64,000 nucleotides of DNA from Anaeramoeba ignava BMAN. Taxonomy: Eukaryota > Protista > Anaeramoebae. Shown in pieces: positions 25,229-36,428 of this stretch (the first letter of the stretch is position 1; each line of letters begins with the position of its first letter). Where the stretch lies: NCBI GenBank assembly GCA_028826165.1, contig JAPDFW010000033.1, forward strand, positions 620,001-684,000. Direction: 5' to 3'. The notes under the pieces were generated by a model, which saw nothing but the letters and a program-made list of their open reading frames with translations, ran no database searches and was not told the origin of the DNA. A program made the position numbers and the translations under genes.

Positions 25229-27983
25229 ATGAATATGAATATTTGTGAAATTATTGAGAAAAATAATATTGAATCACTAAAAAAAATTAATTTTCTTCAA
25301 GAAAAAGATTTAAAGATAAATAACAAAACACCTATTTTACATTTTGCAATAGAAAAAAAAGCAACAGAAGAAATGATTGAATTGTTGATTTCAAAAGGTG
25401 CAAATCCAAATTTAGTTGATAAAAAAGGAAGAAATTCATTACATATTGCAGTTAAAAAAAATTCAAATATTGGATCGATTGAAAAAATAATTTCAAAAGG
25501 AATTGATATCAATTCAAAAACAAATCGAAATGAAACAGCTTTACATTTTGCTTGTGAAAAATATTCACTTGATGTTATCAAATTTCTTATTGAAAAAGGA
25601 ATTGATATTAATTCAAAAACAAATCGAAATGAAACAATTTTACATTATGCTTGTAGAAGAAATTCACTTGATGTTATTAAATTTCTAATTTCAAAAGGAA
25701 TTGATATTAATTCAAAAACAAATCAAAATGAAACAATTTTACATTATGCTTGTAGAAGAAATTCATTTGATGTTATTAAATTTCTTATTGAAAAAGGAAT
25801 TGATATCAATTCAAAAACAAATCAAAATGAAACAGCTTTACATTTTGCTTGTGAAAAATATTCACTTGATGTTATCAAATTTCTAATTTCAAAAGGAATT
25901 GATATCAATTCAAAAACAAATCAAAATGAAACAATTTTACATTATGCTTGTAGAAGAAATTCATTTGATGTTATTAAATTTCTTATTGAAAAAGGAATTG
26001 ATATTAATTCAGTAAACATTTATCATGAAACAGCTTTGCATATAGCTTGTGAAAATGGTTTATCACTTGATGTTATTAAATTTCTTATTGAAAAAGGAAT
26101 TGATATTAATTCAATAACCATTTATCATGAAACAGCTTTGCATATAGCTTGTGAAAATGGTTTATCACTTGATGTTATCAAATTTCTTATTGAAAAAGGA
26201 ATTGATATCAATGCAAAAACAGATATAAACCAAACAGCTTTACATTTTGCTTGTGAAAAATATTCAATTGAAGTTATCAAATTTCTTATTGAAAAAGGAA
26301 TTGATATCAATTCAAAAACAAATCGAAATGAAACACCACTCTTTTATGCTTGTAGAAAAAATTCATCTGAAGTTATTCGGTATTTGATTGAACAAGGGGT
26401 TGATATCAATATAAAAAATGATAATGATGAAACAATTTTACATTATATTTTCCATATAAACTCAATGGAACTACTTGAATATTTGATAAAAAAAGGAATT
26501 AATATTTATGCAAAAGCAAAGGATCAGAAAACAGCTTTGCATATTGCATGCTGGGAATATTCTTCATTAGGAATTATCGAATATCTTGTTGACAAAGGGC
26601 TTGATATCAATGCAAAAACAGAATTTAATGAAATACCTTTACATTTTGCTTGCGAGAATAATTCACTTGAAGTTATTCAATATCTTATTGAAAAGGGATG
26701 TGATATCAATGCAAAAACAATCCAAAATGAAACACCATTATATTTCGCTTGTTTAAATAATTCAAATGCATTAGAAATTACAAAGTATTTGATTTCAAAA
26801 GGAAGTGATATTAATGCTCAAACAAAAACAAAATTCAACAGCTTTGCATTTTGCATTTCAAAAAAATTTGTTAAATATTGCACAATATTTGATTGATAAC
26901 GGAATTGATGTCAATGCAAAAACAAATCACAATCAAACAGCTTTGCATTTTGCTTGTCAAAGAAATTCTTTCGAAATTGTCAAGAATTTGATCTCAAAAG
27001 GAAGTGATGTTAATGCAAAAACATCTTATAAAGAAACAGCTTTACATTTTGCTTGCTATCAAAATTCATTTGAAATCGTTGAATATTTAGTTGAAAAAGG
27101 TGCTGATATTAATGTCAAAAAAGCCAAAAATGAAACACCTCTTTCAATATCTATTCAGAAAGGAAATGAAAAGATCATCATATTTTTATTGATGAATGAT
27201 GCAAATATTTTTGATTTGAAGAAAAAACAAATTACAAATCAATTTTTGATTCTTTTTTCTGAAATTTATTCAATCAACGAAGATATGAAAAATTTATTAA
27301 ATTCATTTGATAATTTTTCAGATTTCATAATTCAATCAAAAGATGGTTTTAAATTCAATGTTCACAAATTGATTTTATTAACAAGATTTGATAATAATGA
27401 TTTAATTTTACAGAAATTTGTTGATGTTTGTTCTCAAAAATTAAAAGAGGATATCCAATTTATTATTAATTTTCTTTATACAGGATTCATTGATTTTGAA
27501 GAGATTTATCAATATTTAAATTCAAAAAATCATATTTCTAATCATTTGAAAAATGATCAACAAGAAAAGAAATCAAAAATGGAAGAATTTTTCAAAGAAA
27601 TTGGATTTGATTCAAAATGGATTAATGAAAAAAAAGGAAGAAAAGGTATTTTAAGAGATTTGCAGCAATTGTATCAACAAGAAACAACTAAAGATTTTAC
27701 GATAATTTGTGAAGAAAAAGAAATCAAAGTTCATAAATTAATATTAATAATGAGAAGTGAATTATTCAAAGGAATGTTTCAATTAAATGTTCAAGATTCT
27801 TCAAATCAAGTTCATGATTATTCACAAAAATCATTTCAAACAATTAATCAATTAATTTATTTTCTTTATCATGATAAATTTTCTGAAACGCAATTAAGAA
27901 AAGAAATTAAAGGAGAACTTAAAGATGCGAAAGACTATTATCAATTAAATCCAAATTCAATAATTGATTTAATTTTAAAATGA
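25229..27983 (+). CDS. Ankyrin-repeat + BTB protein; one extra A near 26826 (probable sequence error)
   Basis: ORFs 25226-26896 and 26805-27983 overlap. The paralog reads CAAACAAAACAA where this copy has CAAACAAAAACAA. Confidence 0.8.
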
Positions 27984-28028
27984 AAATAAAAAAATATTAA
28001 ACTAAGAAAATGGATTTCAAAATGAATT

Positions 28029-29573
28029 TTAAAGGAAATAAATTTCAATTTCATCAACTTTCCATGAATTAAAAGATCCAGCTAAATAACTTTTAGCTTC
28101 ATTTGTATCATATTCAATTTCATTAGGCAATTTGTAACTAGAACCAAAATTTGATTTACCATATTCTAAACTATCTAAGAATTCCAAATCTCCAGTTATA
28201 CCCATTCCGAAAATTGGACCATAATTTGGATGATAATAAATTGCATTTTTTTCTTGATCTTTTTTAATTGGAAATTTATGTGGATTTCGATTATTTTTAT
28301 TATTTCTTAATGAAAAAATAAATGATTTTGAATCAGGAATATATCCCCATGAAAATTTTCTATCACACCATCTCCATTTTGATTTATCATTTGTAAATCC
28401 TATTGAAGTAAATCCTCCAAAAATGTAATTTTCTGTTGTTTTGATAATAATTAATGTTTTTCCTTTGTTATCACATTTATCATGCCATTTTTTACAATTA
28501 AATCCTTTTTTTTTTGCTGAAAATCCTTTTTTCATTTTGGAAAAGAATTCATCATCATTTATCCATTCTTTTAATTTATTGAAATTTTCTTTTGTTTTGA
28601 TTATTGATGAATTAAATGATGATTTGAGTTTGAAATTTGTTGAATTTTGATTTTGATTTTGAAATTGATTTTGAGATTGATTTTGAAATTGAATTAATTT
28701 TTCTAATTCTGCTTCATTATTTTGATCATTTTGAAGTTTTTGGAATTGAATTAATTGTTCTGAAATTTGTTTTGGAATTAAATCATCTTTTAATGTTTTA
28801 TTTATTTCTTCTTCTGAAAAATTATTAAATTGTATTTGTTCAATAATAATATTTGAAATTTGATTTTGAATTTGTTCTTTTTCTTTTTTTTCGAGTTTTT
28901 CATTTTCTTTTTCTTGATTAATATTTAATTTATGTTTTCCCCATTTAATTATTAATTGGAAAATTTCAAATTCATTTAAAGAAATGTATCCACTTGATAT
29001 AATTGATTTAAATTGATTTTCTTCAAGTTCAAGAAAAAATGAAGTTTTAATAAATTCATTTATGTTTTCTAAAATAAATTGATAAGAAGAATTTAATAAT
29101 TGATTAAATTTCATTGCTTCAGATAATTTAAGAATATCAACAACTGTTTCGAATTGTAAATTATTTTTGATAATTTTTGAACAAATTTCAATTAATTCAT
29201 CAATTAAATATTTTGATGAAAAAAATAAAATTTCAATAACATTTTCTAAATTAATTTCAATTTTTCCTGAATAAAAATAATTCAATATTAAATTTAAAGT
29301 TGGAATTGAAAAATCGTTTAAAATCATTTTATTTTCTTGATATTCTTTCATTTTTGAATTAAAAAGTGATTTAAAATATTGACTTCTTGAAGAAAGAATT
29401 GATTTATGAGTTTTAAATGAAATTGGATTTATTTGTTGATTTTGTTCACAAATTATTTCAAAATCAAAATAATTTTCATTTTCATTTTCATTTTCATTTT
29501 GATTTTGATTTTGATTTTGAAATAAATTTTTTAAATCATTTGAAAGTTTTTCTAAATTTGAATAAGTTTTCAT
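28029..29573 (-). CDS. BTB-BACK-TLDc protein (copy 4)
   Basis: Near-identical to copy 3 with a shorter Q/N linker. Confidence 0.9.
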   Translation of the reverse strand: MKTYSNLEKLSNDLKNLFQNQNQNQNENENENENYFDFEIICEQNQQINPISFKTHKSILSSRSQYFKSLFNSKMKEYQENKMILNDFSIPTLNLILNYFYSGKIEINLENVIEILFFSSKYLIDELIEICSKIIKNNLQFETVVDILKLSEAMKFNQLLNSSYQFILENINEFIKTSFFLELEENQFKSIISSGYISLNEFEIFQLIIKWGKHKLNINQEKENEKLEKKEKEQIQNQISNIIIEQIQFNNFSEEEINKTLKDDLIPKQISEQLIQFQKLQNDQNNEAELEKLIQFQNQSQNQFQNQNQNSTNFKLKSSFNSSIIKTKENFNKLKEWINDDEFFSKMKKGFSAKKKGFNCKKWHDKCDNKGKTLIIIKTTENYIFGGFTSIGFTNDKSKWRWCDRKFSWGYIPDSKSFIFSLRNNKNNRNPHKFPIKKDQEKNAIYYHPNYGPIFGMGITGDLEFLDSLEYGKSNFGSSYKLPNEIEYDTNEAKSYLAGSFNSWKVDEIEIYFL

Positions 29574-29641
29574 TTTTAAATTAAAAAAATTTAAAAAATG
29601 AAAAATGAAAAATTAAATTTCATTTTTTTTCTTTTCAAAAA

Positions 29642-31430
29642 ATGAATGAAATTATATTTTTTGGTTCAAATGATAAACCACAACTTATCAAAAATAAACC
29701 AAGTATAATATTAAAACCAATTCAATTTAAATTTGAAAATGAAAATGAAAATGAAAATGAAAAACAAATTAAACAAATTTCAACAAGTTATTTTGGAACA
29801 ATTTTCCTTTTTAAAAATGGAAAAGCAATAGAATATTTAAGAGAAAATGATTCAAAACAAAATCCTGAAAAAATTCAAATTGAAGAAAATATTCAAAAAG
29901 TAACTGTTGGTGCTTCAAATGAAACTATTTTAACAATAGAAGGAAATGTATTTGCCAAAGGAAAATATATCAATCCAAAAAATCCAAATGAATTTATCAA
30001 TATTTCATCATTAATTGAAGATACAAATGATAGAATAATTCAAGATGTTGCTTCTGGAGCTCGTTCAATTTACTTATTAACTTCAAATCAAAATGCTTAT
30101 GGAATTGGTTCAAATCATTTTGGTCAACTTGGATTTGATTCTGAAACACTTAAAAAAACAGAAAAACCAATTTTAATAATGAAAAATGTTTCTAAAATAT
30201 TTTCAGGAAATTCTTCAGAACATGTTTTTCTTTTAAATTCAAATCAAGAATTATTTGGATACGGATATAACGAATATGGTCAACTTGGATTAAGAGAATC
30301 AAGAAAAGAAGAAAAAATTGATAAATTAACCAAAATCCAAAATATTCCAAAAGGCAAAATAATTGATATTAAATGTGGATATTTTCATTCAATAATGTTG
30401 ATTGAAAATGAAAACCAAAATCCAAAAAGAAAAACTTTATTCATGTGGATATTATCAATTTAATGGACTTGGCAAAGATGGAAATACTTATGAATTTACT
30501 GAAATCAAATCATCTTTATTTGAAAATGATAATAATATTCTTGATTTTTCTGTTGGATTTGATCATAATTTGATTTTAACTTCTAATTCAAAATTAATAG
30601 TATTTGGATATAATTTTTATGCTCAATTAGGAACTGGAGATACAAATCGGAATCAATTAATTCCAATTCAAATTGAACTTCCTAAATTAAGATTTAATGA
30701 AAATATTTCTAATTATCATGTTTCTTGTGGATTGTGGAAATCATTTCTTTATTATTCTTCTCCTTCTTTTTCCAATCTTGAAGAAGATTTGATAAAATTA
30801 TTTAAAAGAAAAGAATTTTGTGATATTTCATTTAAAACAGAAAATGGAGAAATAATTGAAGCTCATAAATTAATATTGAAATATAGATTAAAAGATCAAA
30901 ATCAAAATCAAATTGGAAAACTTAAAGAAATTATTTCAAAAAAATCAATTAAAGAATCAAATCAAATATTTGAAATGATTTATTCAAACAGAATAATAAA
31001 TCCAATATTATATTTTGAAATTAAAGAAATTATAAATTCAAATGAAAAAATTGAAGAAACAATGAAAAGAATTTATTTAAATGAAAATGAAAATGAAAAT
31101 GAAAATGAAAAAGATTTTATAATTGAAAGAAAAGAAAAGAAATATAAATTTCCTAAATTAATACTAATAATGAGAAGTGAATTATATCGAGGAATGTTTT
31201 TATCTATAACAGAAGATAAATCTAATAAAGTTACAGATTATAGTGAATTAAGTAATAAATCATTTCAAATATTAGAATATTGGATTTATTCAAATCAAAT
31301 TAAAGAAGGAATTCAAATTACACAAGAAATCATTAATGAAATTGAAATTGGAATTGATTATTTTCAATTAAATCAAACAAATCCAAATTTATTTGATTTA
31401 TTAATTAAGAAATTTAATAATCAAAATTAA
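29642..31430 (+). CDS. RCC1-BTB copy 7; one extra A near 30433 (probable sequence error)
   Basis: AGAAAAACTT here versus AGAAAACTT in paralogs; otherwise colinear. Confidence 0.8.
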
Positions 31431-31557
31431 AATTAAAATTAAAATTTAAAATTAAAATTCAAAATTAAAATTAAAATTAAAATTCAAAATTAAAATTAAA
31501 ATTAAAATTAAAATTAAAATTTCAAAATTCATTTTTCATTTTTTTTCTTTTCAAAAA

Positions 31558-33330
31558 ATGAATGAAATTATATTTTTTGGTTCAAATGATAAACCAAAAC
31601 TTTTAAAAAACAAATCAAGTATAATATTAAAACCAATTCAATTTAAATTTGAAAATGAAAATGAAAATGAAAATGAAAAACAAATTAAACAAATTTCATC
31701 AGGTTATTTTGGAACAATTTTCCTTTTTGAAAATGGAAAAGCAATAGAATATTTAAATGAAAATGATTCAAAACAAAATCCTGAAAAAATCCAAATTGAA
31801 AATATTCAAAAAGTAATTGTTGATTTTGAAAATGAAGCTATTTTAACAATAGAAGGAAATGTATTTGCCAAAGGAGAAGATATTAATCCAAATAATCTAA
31901 ATGAATTTATCAATATTTCATCATTAATTGAAGATAAAAATGATAGAATAATTGAAGATATTGTTTCATGCTCTAATACAATTTATTTATTAACTTCAAA
32001 TCAAAATGCTTATGGAATTGGTTCAAATAAATTAGGTCAACTTGGATTTGATTCTGAAACACTTCCAAAAACAGAAAAACCAATTTTAATGATGAAAAAT
32101 GTTTCTAAAATATTTTCAGGAAATTCTTCAGATTCTGTTTTTCTTTTAAATTCAAATCAAGAATTATTTGCATGCGGAAATAATCAATACGACCATCTTG
32201 GATTAGGAGAATCAAGACAAAAAGAAACCAAAATCCAAAAATTAACCAAAATCCAAAATATTCCAAAAGGTAAAATAATTGATATTAAATGTGGTGGAGT
32301 TCATTCAATAATGTTGATTGAAAATGAAAACCAAAATCCAAAAAGAAAACTTTATTCATGTGGAGATTATCCATTTAATGGACTTGGCAAAAATGAAAAT
32401 ACTTATGAATTTACTGAAATCAAATCATCTTTATTTGAAAATGATGATGATATTCTTGATTTTTCTGTTGGATTTGTCCATACTTTGATTTTAACTTCCA
32501 AAAGGAAATTGATATCATTTGGAAGAAATTCTCATGGTCAATTAGGAAATAAAGATCTGGAATTTCAATTACCTCCTATTCAAATTAAACTTCCTAAATT
32601 AAGATTTAATGAAAATATTTCTAATTATCACATTTCTTGTGGATTTTTCAATTCATTTATTTATTATTCTTCTCCTTCTTTTTCCAATCTTGAAGAAGAT
32701 TTGATAAAATTATTTGAAAGAAAAGAATTTTGCAATATTTCATTTAAAACAGAAAATGGAGAAATAATCAAAGCTCATAAATTAATATTGAAATATAGAT
32801 TAAATCAAAATCAAAATGAAAATCAAATTGGAAAACTTAAAGAAATTATTTCAAAAAAATCAATTAAAGAATCAAATCAAATATTTGAAATGATTTATTC
32901 AAATAATTCCAAAATAAATCCAATATTATATTTTGAAATTAAAGAAATTATAAATTTAAATGAAAAAATTGAAGAAACAATGAAAAGAATTTATTTAAAT
33001 GAAAATGAAAATGAAAAAGATTTTATAATTGAAAGAAAAGAAAAACAATATAAATTTCCAAAATTAATATTAATAATGAGAAGTGAATTATATCGAGGAA
33101 TGTTTTTATCTGTAACAGAAGATAAATCTAATAAAGTTACAGATTATAGTGAATTAAGTAATAAATCATTTCAAATATTAGAATATTGGATTTATTCAAA
33201 TCAAATTAAAGATGAAATTCAAATTACACAAGAAATCATTAATGAAATTGAAATTGGAATTGATTATTTTCAATTAAATCAAACAAATCCAAATTTATTT
33301 GATTTATTAATTAACAAATTTAATAATTAA
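31558..33330 (+). CDS. RCC1-BTB copy 8 (type B)
   Basis: Intact 590-aa ORF. Confidence 0.9.
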   Translation: MNEIIFFGSNDKPKLLKNKSSIILKPIQFKFENENENENEKQIKQISSGYFGTIFLFENGKAIEYLNENDSKQNPEKIQIENIQKVIVDFENEAILTIEGNVFAKGEDINPNNLNEFINISSLIEDKNDRIIEDIVSCSNTIYLLTSNQNAYGIGSNKLGQLGFDSETLPKTEKPILMMKNVSKIFSGNSSDSVFLLNSNQELFACGNNQYDHLGLGESRQKETKIQKLTKIQNIPKGKIIDIKCGGVHSIMLIENENQNPKRKLYSCGDYPFNGLGKNENTYEFTEIKSSLFENDDDILDFSVGFVHTLILTSKRKLISFGRNSHGQLGNKDLEFQLPPIQIKLPKLRFNENISNYHISCGFFNSFIYYSSPSFSNLEEDLIKLFERKEFCNISFKTENGEIIKAHKLILKYRLNQNQNENQIGKLKEIISKKSIKESNQIFEMIYSNNSKINPILYFEIKEIINLNEKIEETMKRIYLNENENEKDFIIERKEKQYKFPKLILIMRSELYRGMFLSVTEDKSNKVTDYSELSNKSFQILEYWIYSNQIKDEIQITQEIINEIEIGIDYFQLNQTNPNLFDLLINKFNN

Positions 33331-33518
33331 AATTAAAATTAAAATTAAAATTAAAATTAAAATTAAAATTTAAAATTAAAATTAAAATTAAAATTAAAAT
33401 TTCAAAATTCAAAATTAAAATTAAAATTAAAATTAAAATTAAAATTAAAATTAAAATCAAAATTAAAAATTAAAATTAAAATTTCAAAATTCATTTTTTC
33501 ATTTTTTTCTTTTCTAAA

Positions 33519-35303
33519 ATGAATGAAATTTTATTTTTTGGTGATAATGAAGATCCAATTCTTATCAAAAATGAATCAAATATAATATTAAAACCAATTC
33601 AATTTAAATTTGAAAATGAAAATGAAAATGAAAATGAAAAACAAATTAAACAAATTTCAACAGGAATATGTTCAATAATTTTCCTTTTTGAAAATGGAAA
33701 AGCAATAGAATATTTAAGAGAAAATGATTCAAAACAAAATCCTGAAAAAATCCAAATTGAAAATATTCAAAAAGTAATTGTTGGTTGGCAAAATGAAACT
33801 ATTTTAACAATAGAAGGAAATGTATTTGCCAAAGGAAACAATATTAATCCAAAAAATCCAAATCAATTTATCAATATTTCATCATTAATTGAAGATACAA
33901 ACGATAGAATAATTCAAGATATTGCTTCTGGAGCTCATTCAATTTATTTATTAACTTCAAATCAAAATGCTTATGGAATTGGTTCAAATCATTTTGGTCA
34001 ACTTGGTTTTGATTCTGAAACACTTCCAAAAACAGAAAAACCAATTTTAATAATGAAAAATGTTTCTAAAATATTTTCAGGAAATTCTTCAGAACATGTT
34101 TTTCTTTTAAATTCAAATCAAGAATTATTTGGATGCGGAAATAACGAATCTGGTCAACTTGGATTAGGAGAATCAAGACAAAAAGAAACCAAAATCCAAA
34201 AATTAACCAAAATCCAAAATATTCCAAAAGGCAAAATAATTGATATTCGATCTGGAGGTATTCATTCAATAATGTTGATTGAAAATGAAAATGAAAACCA
34301 AAATCCAAAAAGAAAACTTTATTCATGTGGTTATTACGAATGTAATGGACTTGGCAAAAATGAAAATACTTATGAATTTACTGAAATCAAATCATCTTTA
34401 TTTGAAAATGATGATAATATTCTTGATTTTTCTGTTGGATTTAATCATAATTTGATTTTAACTTCTAATTCAAAATTGATTGGATTTGGAGATAATTTAT
34501 ATGCTCAATTAGGAACTGGAGATACAAAAAATCAATTAATTCCAATTCAAATTGAACTTCCTAAATTAAGATTTAATGAAAATATTTCTAATTATCATGT
34601 TTCTTGTGGATTGTGGAAATCATTTTTTTATTATTCTTCTCCTTCTTTTTCCAATCTTGAAGAAGATTTGATAAAATTATTTAGAAGAAAAGAATTTTGT
34701 AATATTTCATTTAAAACAGAAAATGGAGAAATAATCGAAGCTCATAAATTAATATTGAAATATAGATTAAATCAAAATCAAAATCAAATTGAAAAACTTC
34801 AAGAAATTATTTCAAATAAATCAATTAAAGAATCAAATCAAATATTTGAAATGATTTATTCAAACAATTCCAAAATAAATCCAAAATTATATTCTGAAAT
34901 TAAAGAAATTATAAATTCAAATGAAAAAATTGAAGAAACAATGAAAAGAATTTATTTAAATGAAAATGAAAATGAAAAAGATTTTATTATTGAAAGAAAA
35001 GAAAAGAAATATAAATTTCCTAAATTAATATTAATAATGAGAAGTGAATTATATCGAGGAATGTTTTTATCTGTAACAGAAGATAAATCAAATAAAGTTA
35101 GAGATTATAGTGAATTAAGTAATAAATCATTTCAAATATTAGAATATTGGATTTATTCAAATCAAATTAAAGATGAAATTCAAATTACACAAGAAATCAT
35201 TGATGAACTCCAAACTGGAATTGATTATTTTCAATTAAATCAAACAAATCCAAATTTATTTGATTTATTAATTAAAAAATTTAATAATCAAAATCAAAAT
35301 TAA
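33519..35303 (+). CDS. RCC1-BTB copy 9
   Basis: Intact 594-aa ORF. Confidence 0.9.
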   Translation: MNEILFFGDNEDPILIKNESNIILKPIQFKFENENENENEKQIKQISTGICSIIFLFENGKAIEYLRENDSKQNPEKIQIENIQKVIVGWQNETILTIEGNVFAKGNNINPKNPNQFINISSLIEDTNDRIIQDIASGAHSIYLLTSNQNAYGIGSNHFGQLGFDSETLPKTEKPILIMKNVSKIFSGNSSEHVFLLNSNQELFGCGNNESGQLGLGESRQKETKIQKLTKIQNIPKGKIIDIRSGGIHSIMLIENENENQNPKRKLYSCGYYECNGLGKNENTYEFTEIKSSLFENDDNILDFSVGFNHNLILTSNSKLIGFGDNLYAQLGTGDTKNQLIPIQIELPKLRFNENISNYHVSCGLWKSFFYYSSPSFSNLEEDLIKLFRRKEFCNISFKTENGEIIEAHKLILKYRLNQNQNQIEKLQEIISNKSIKESNQIFEMIYSNNSKINPKLYSEIKEIINSNEKIEETMKRIYLNENENEKDFIIERKEKKYKFPKLILIMRSELYRGMFLSVTEDKSNKVRDYSELSNKSFQILEYWIYSNQIKDEIQITQEIIDELQTGIDYFQLNQTNPNLFDLLIKKFNNQNQN

Positions 35304-35460
35304 AATTAAAATCAAAATTAAAATTCAAAATTAAATTAAAAATTAAAATTAAAATTAAAATTAAAATTTAAATTAAAATTAAATCAAAATCAAAATTAAA
35401 ATTAAAATTAAAATCAAAATCAAAATTAAAATTTAATTCAATTTTCTTTTTTATTTCTTA

Positions 35461-36365
35461 TTTTAAATTAATTTATAAATTAAATATTAAATTAAATCTA
35501 TTCTTATTTTTTATATTTATAAATCAAAATTAAAACTAAAAAAAAGAAAATATTTAAATTTAAAACATTAAATTATTATTTTAAACATAAAATTAAATAT
35601 TAAATTATATTTTTAAATTAATTTATAAATTAAATATTAAATTAAATCTATTCTCATTTTTATATTTATATTTTAAATAACTAAATAATAAAATATTTAA
35701 ATTTAAAACATTAAATTATTATTTTTTAAACATAGAATTAAATATTAAATTATATTTTTAAATTAATTTATAAATTAAATATTAAATTAAACCTATTTCC
35801 ATTTTTATATTTATATTTTTAATAACTAAATAATAAAATATTTAAATCTAAAACATTAAATTATTGTTTTAAACATAAAATTAAATATTAAATTATATTT
35901 TTAAATTAATTTATAAATTAAATATTAAATTAAATCTATTCTTATTTTTATATTTATATGTTAAATATTTAAATAATAAAATATTTAAATCTAAAACATT
36001 AAATTATTATTTTAAACATAAAATTAAATATTAAATTATATTTTTAAATTAATTTATAAATTGAATATTAAATTAAATCTATTCTTATTTTTATATTTTT
36101 ATGTTAAATATTTAAATAATAAAATATTTAAATTTAAAACAATAAATTATTATTTTAAACATAGAATTAAATATTAAATTATATTTTTAAATTAATTTAT
36201 AAATTAAATATTAAATTAAACCTATTTCCATTTTTATATTTATATGTTAAATAATTAAATAATAAAATATTTAAATCTAAAACATTAAATTATTATTTTA
36301 AACATAAAATTAAATATTAAATTATATTTTTAAATTAATTAATAAATTAAATAATAAATTAAATC
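35461..36365. repeat. 143-bp AT-rich tandem repeat, about 6 copies
   Basis: The anchor TTTTAAATTAATT recurs at 35461, 35611, 35756, 35899, 36042, 36185 and 36328. Confidence 0.9.
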
Positions 36366-36428
36366 ATTTTTCATTTTTTCATTTTTTCATTTTTCATTTT
36401 TCATTTTTTCATTTTTCAAAAATAAATA

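Noticed and set aside
35461-36365. CRISPR-like array
   Set aside because: Whole units are repeated with no unique spacers, there are no cas genes, and the context is eukaryotic.
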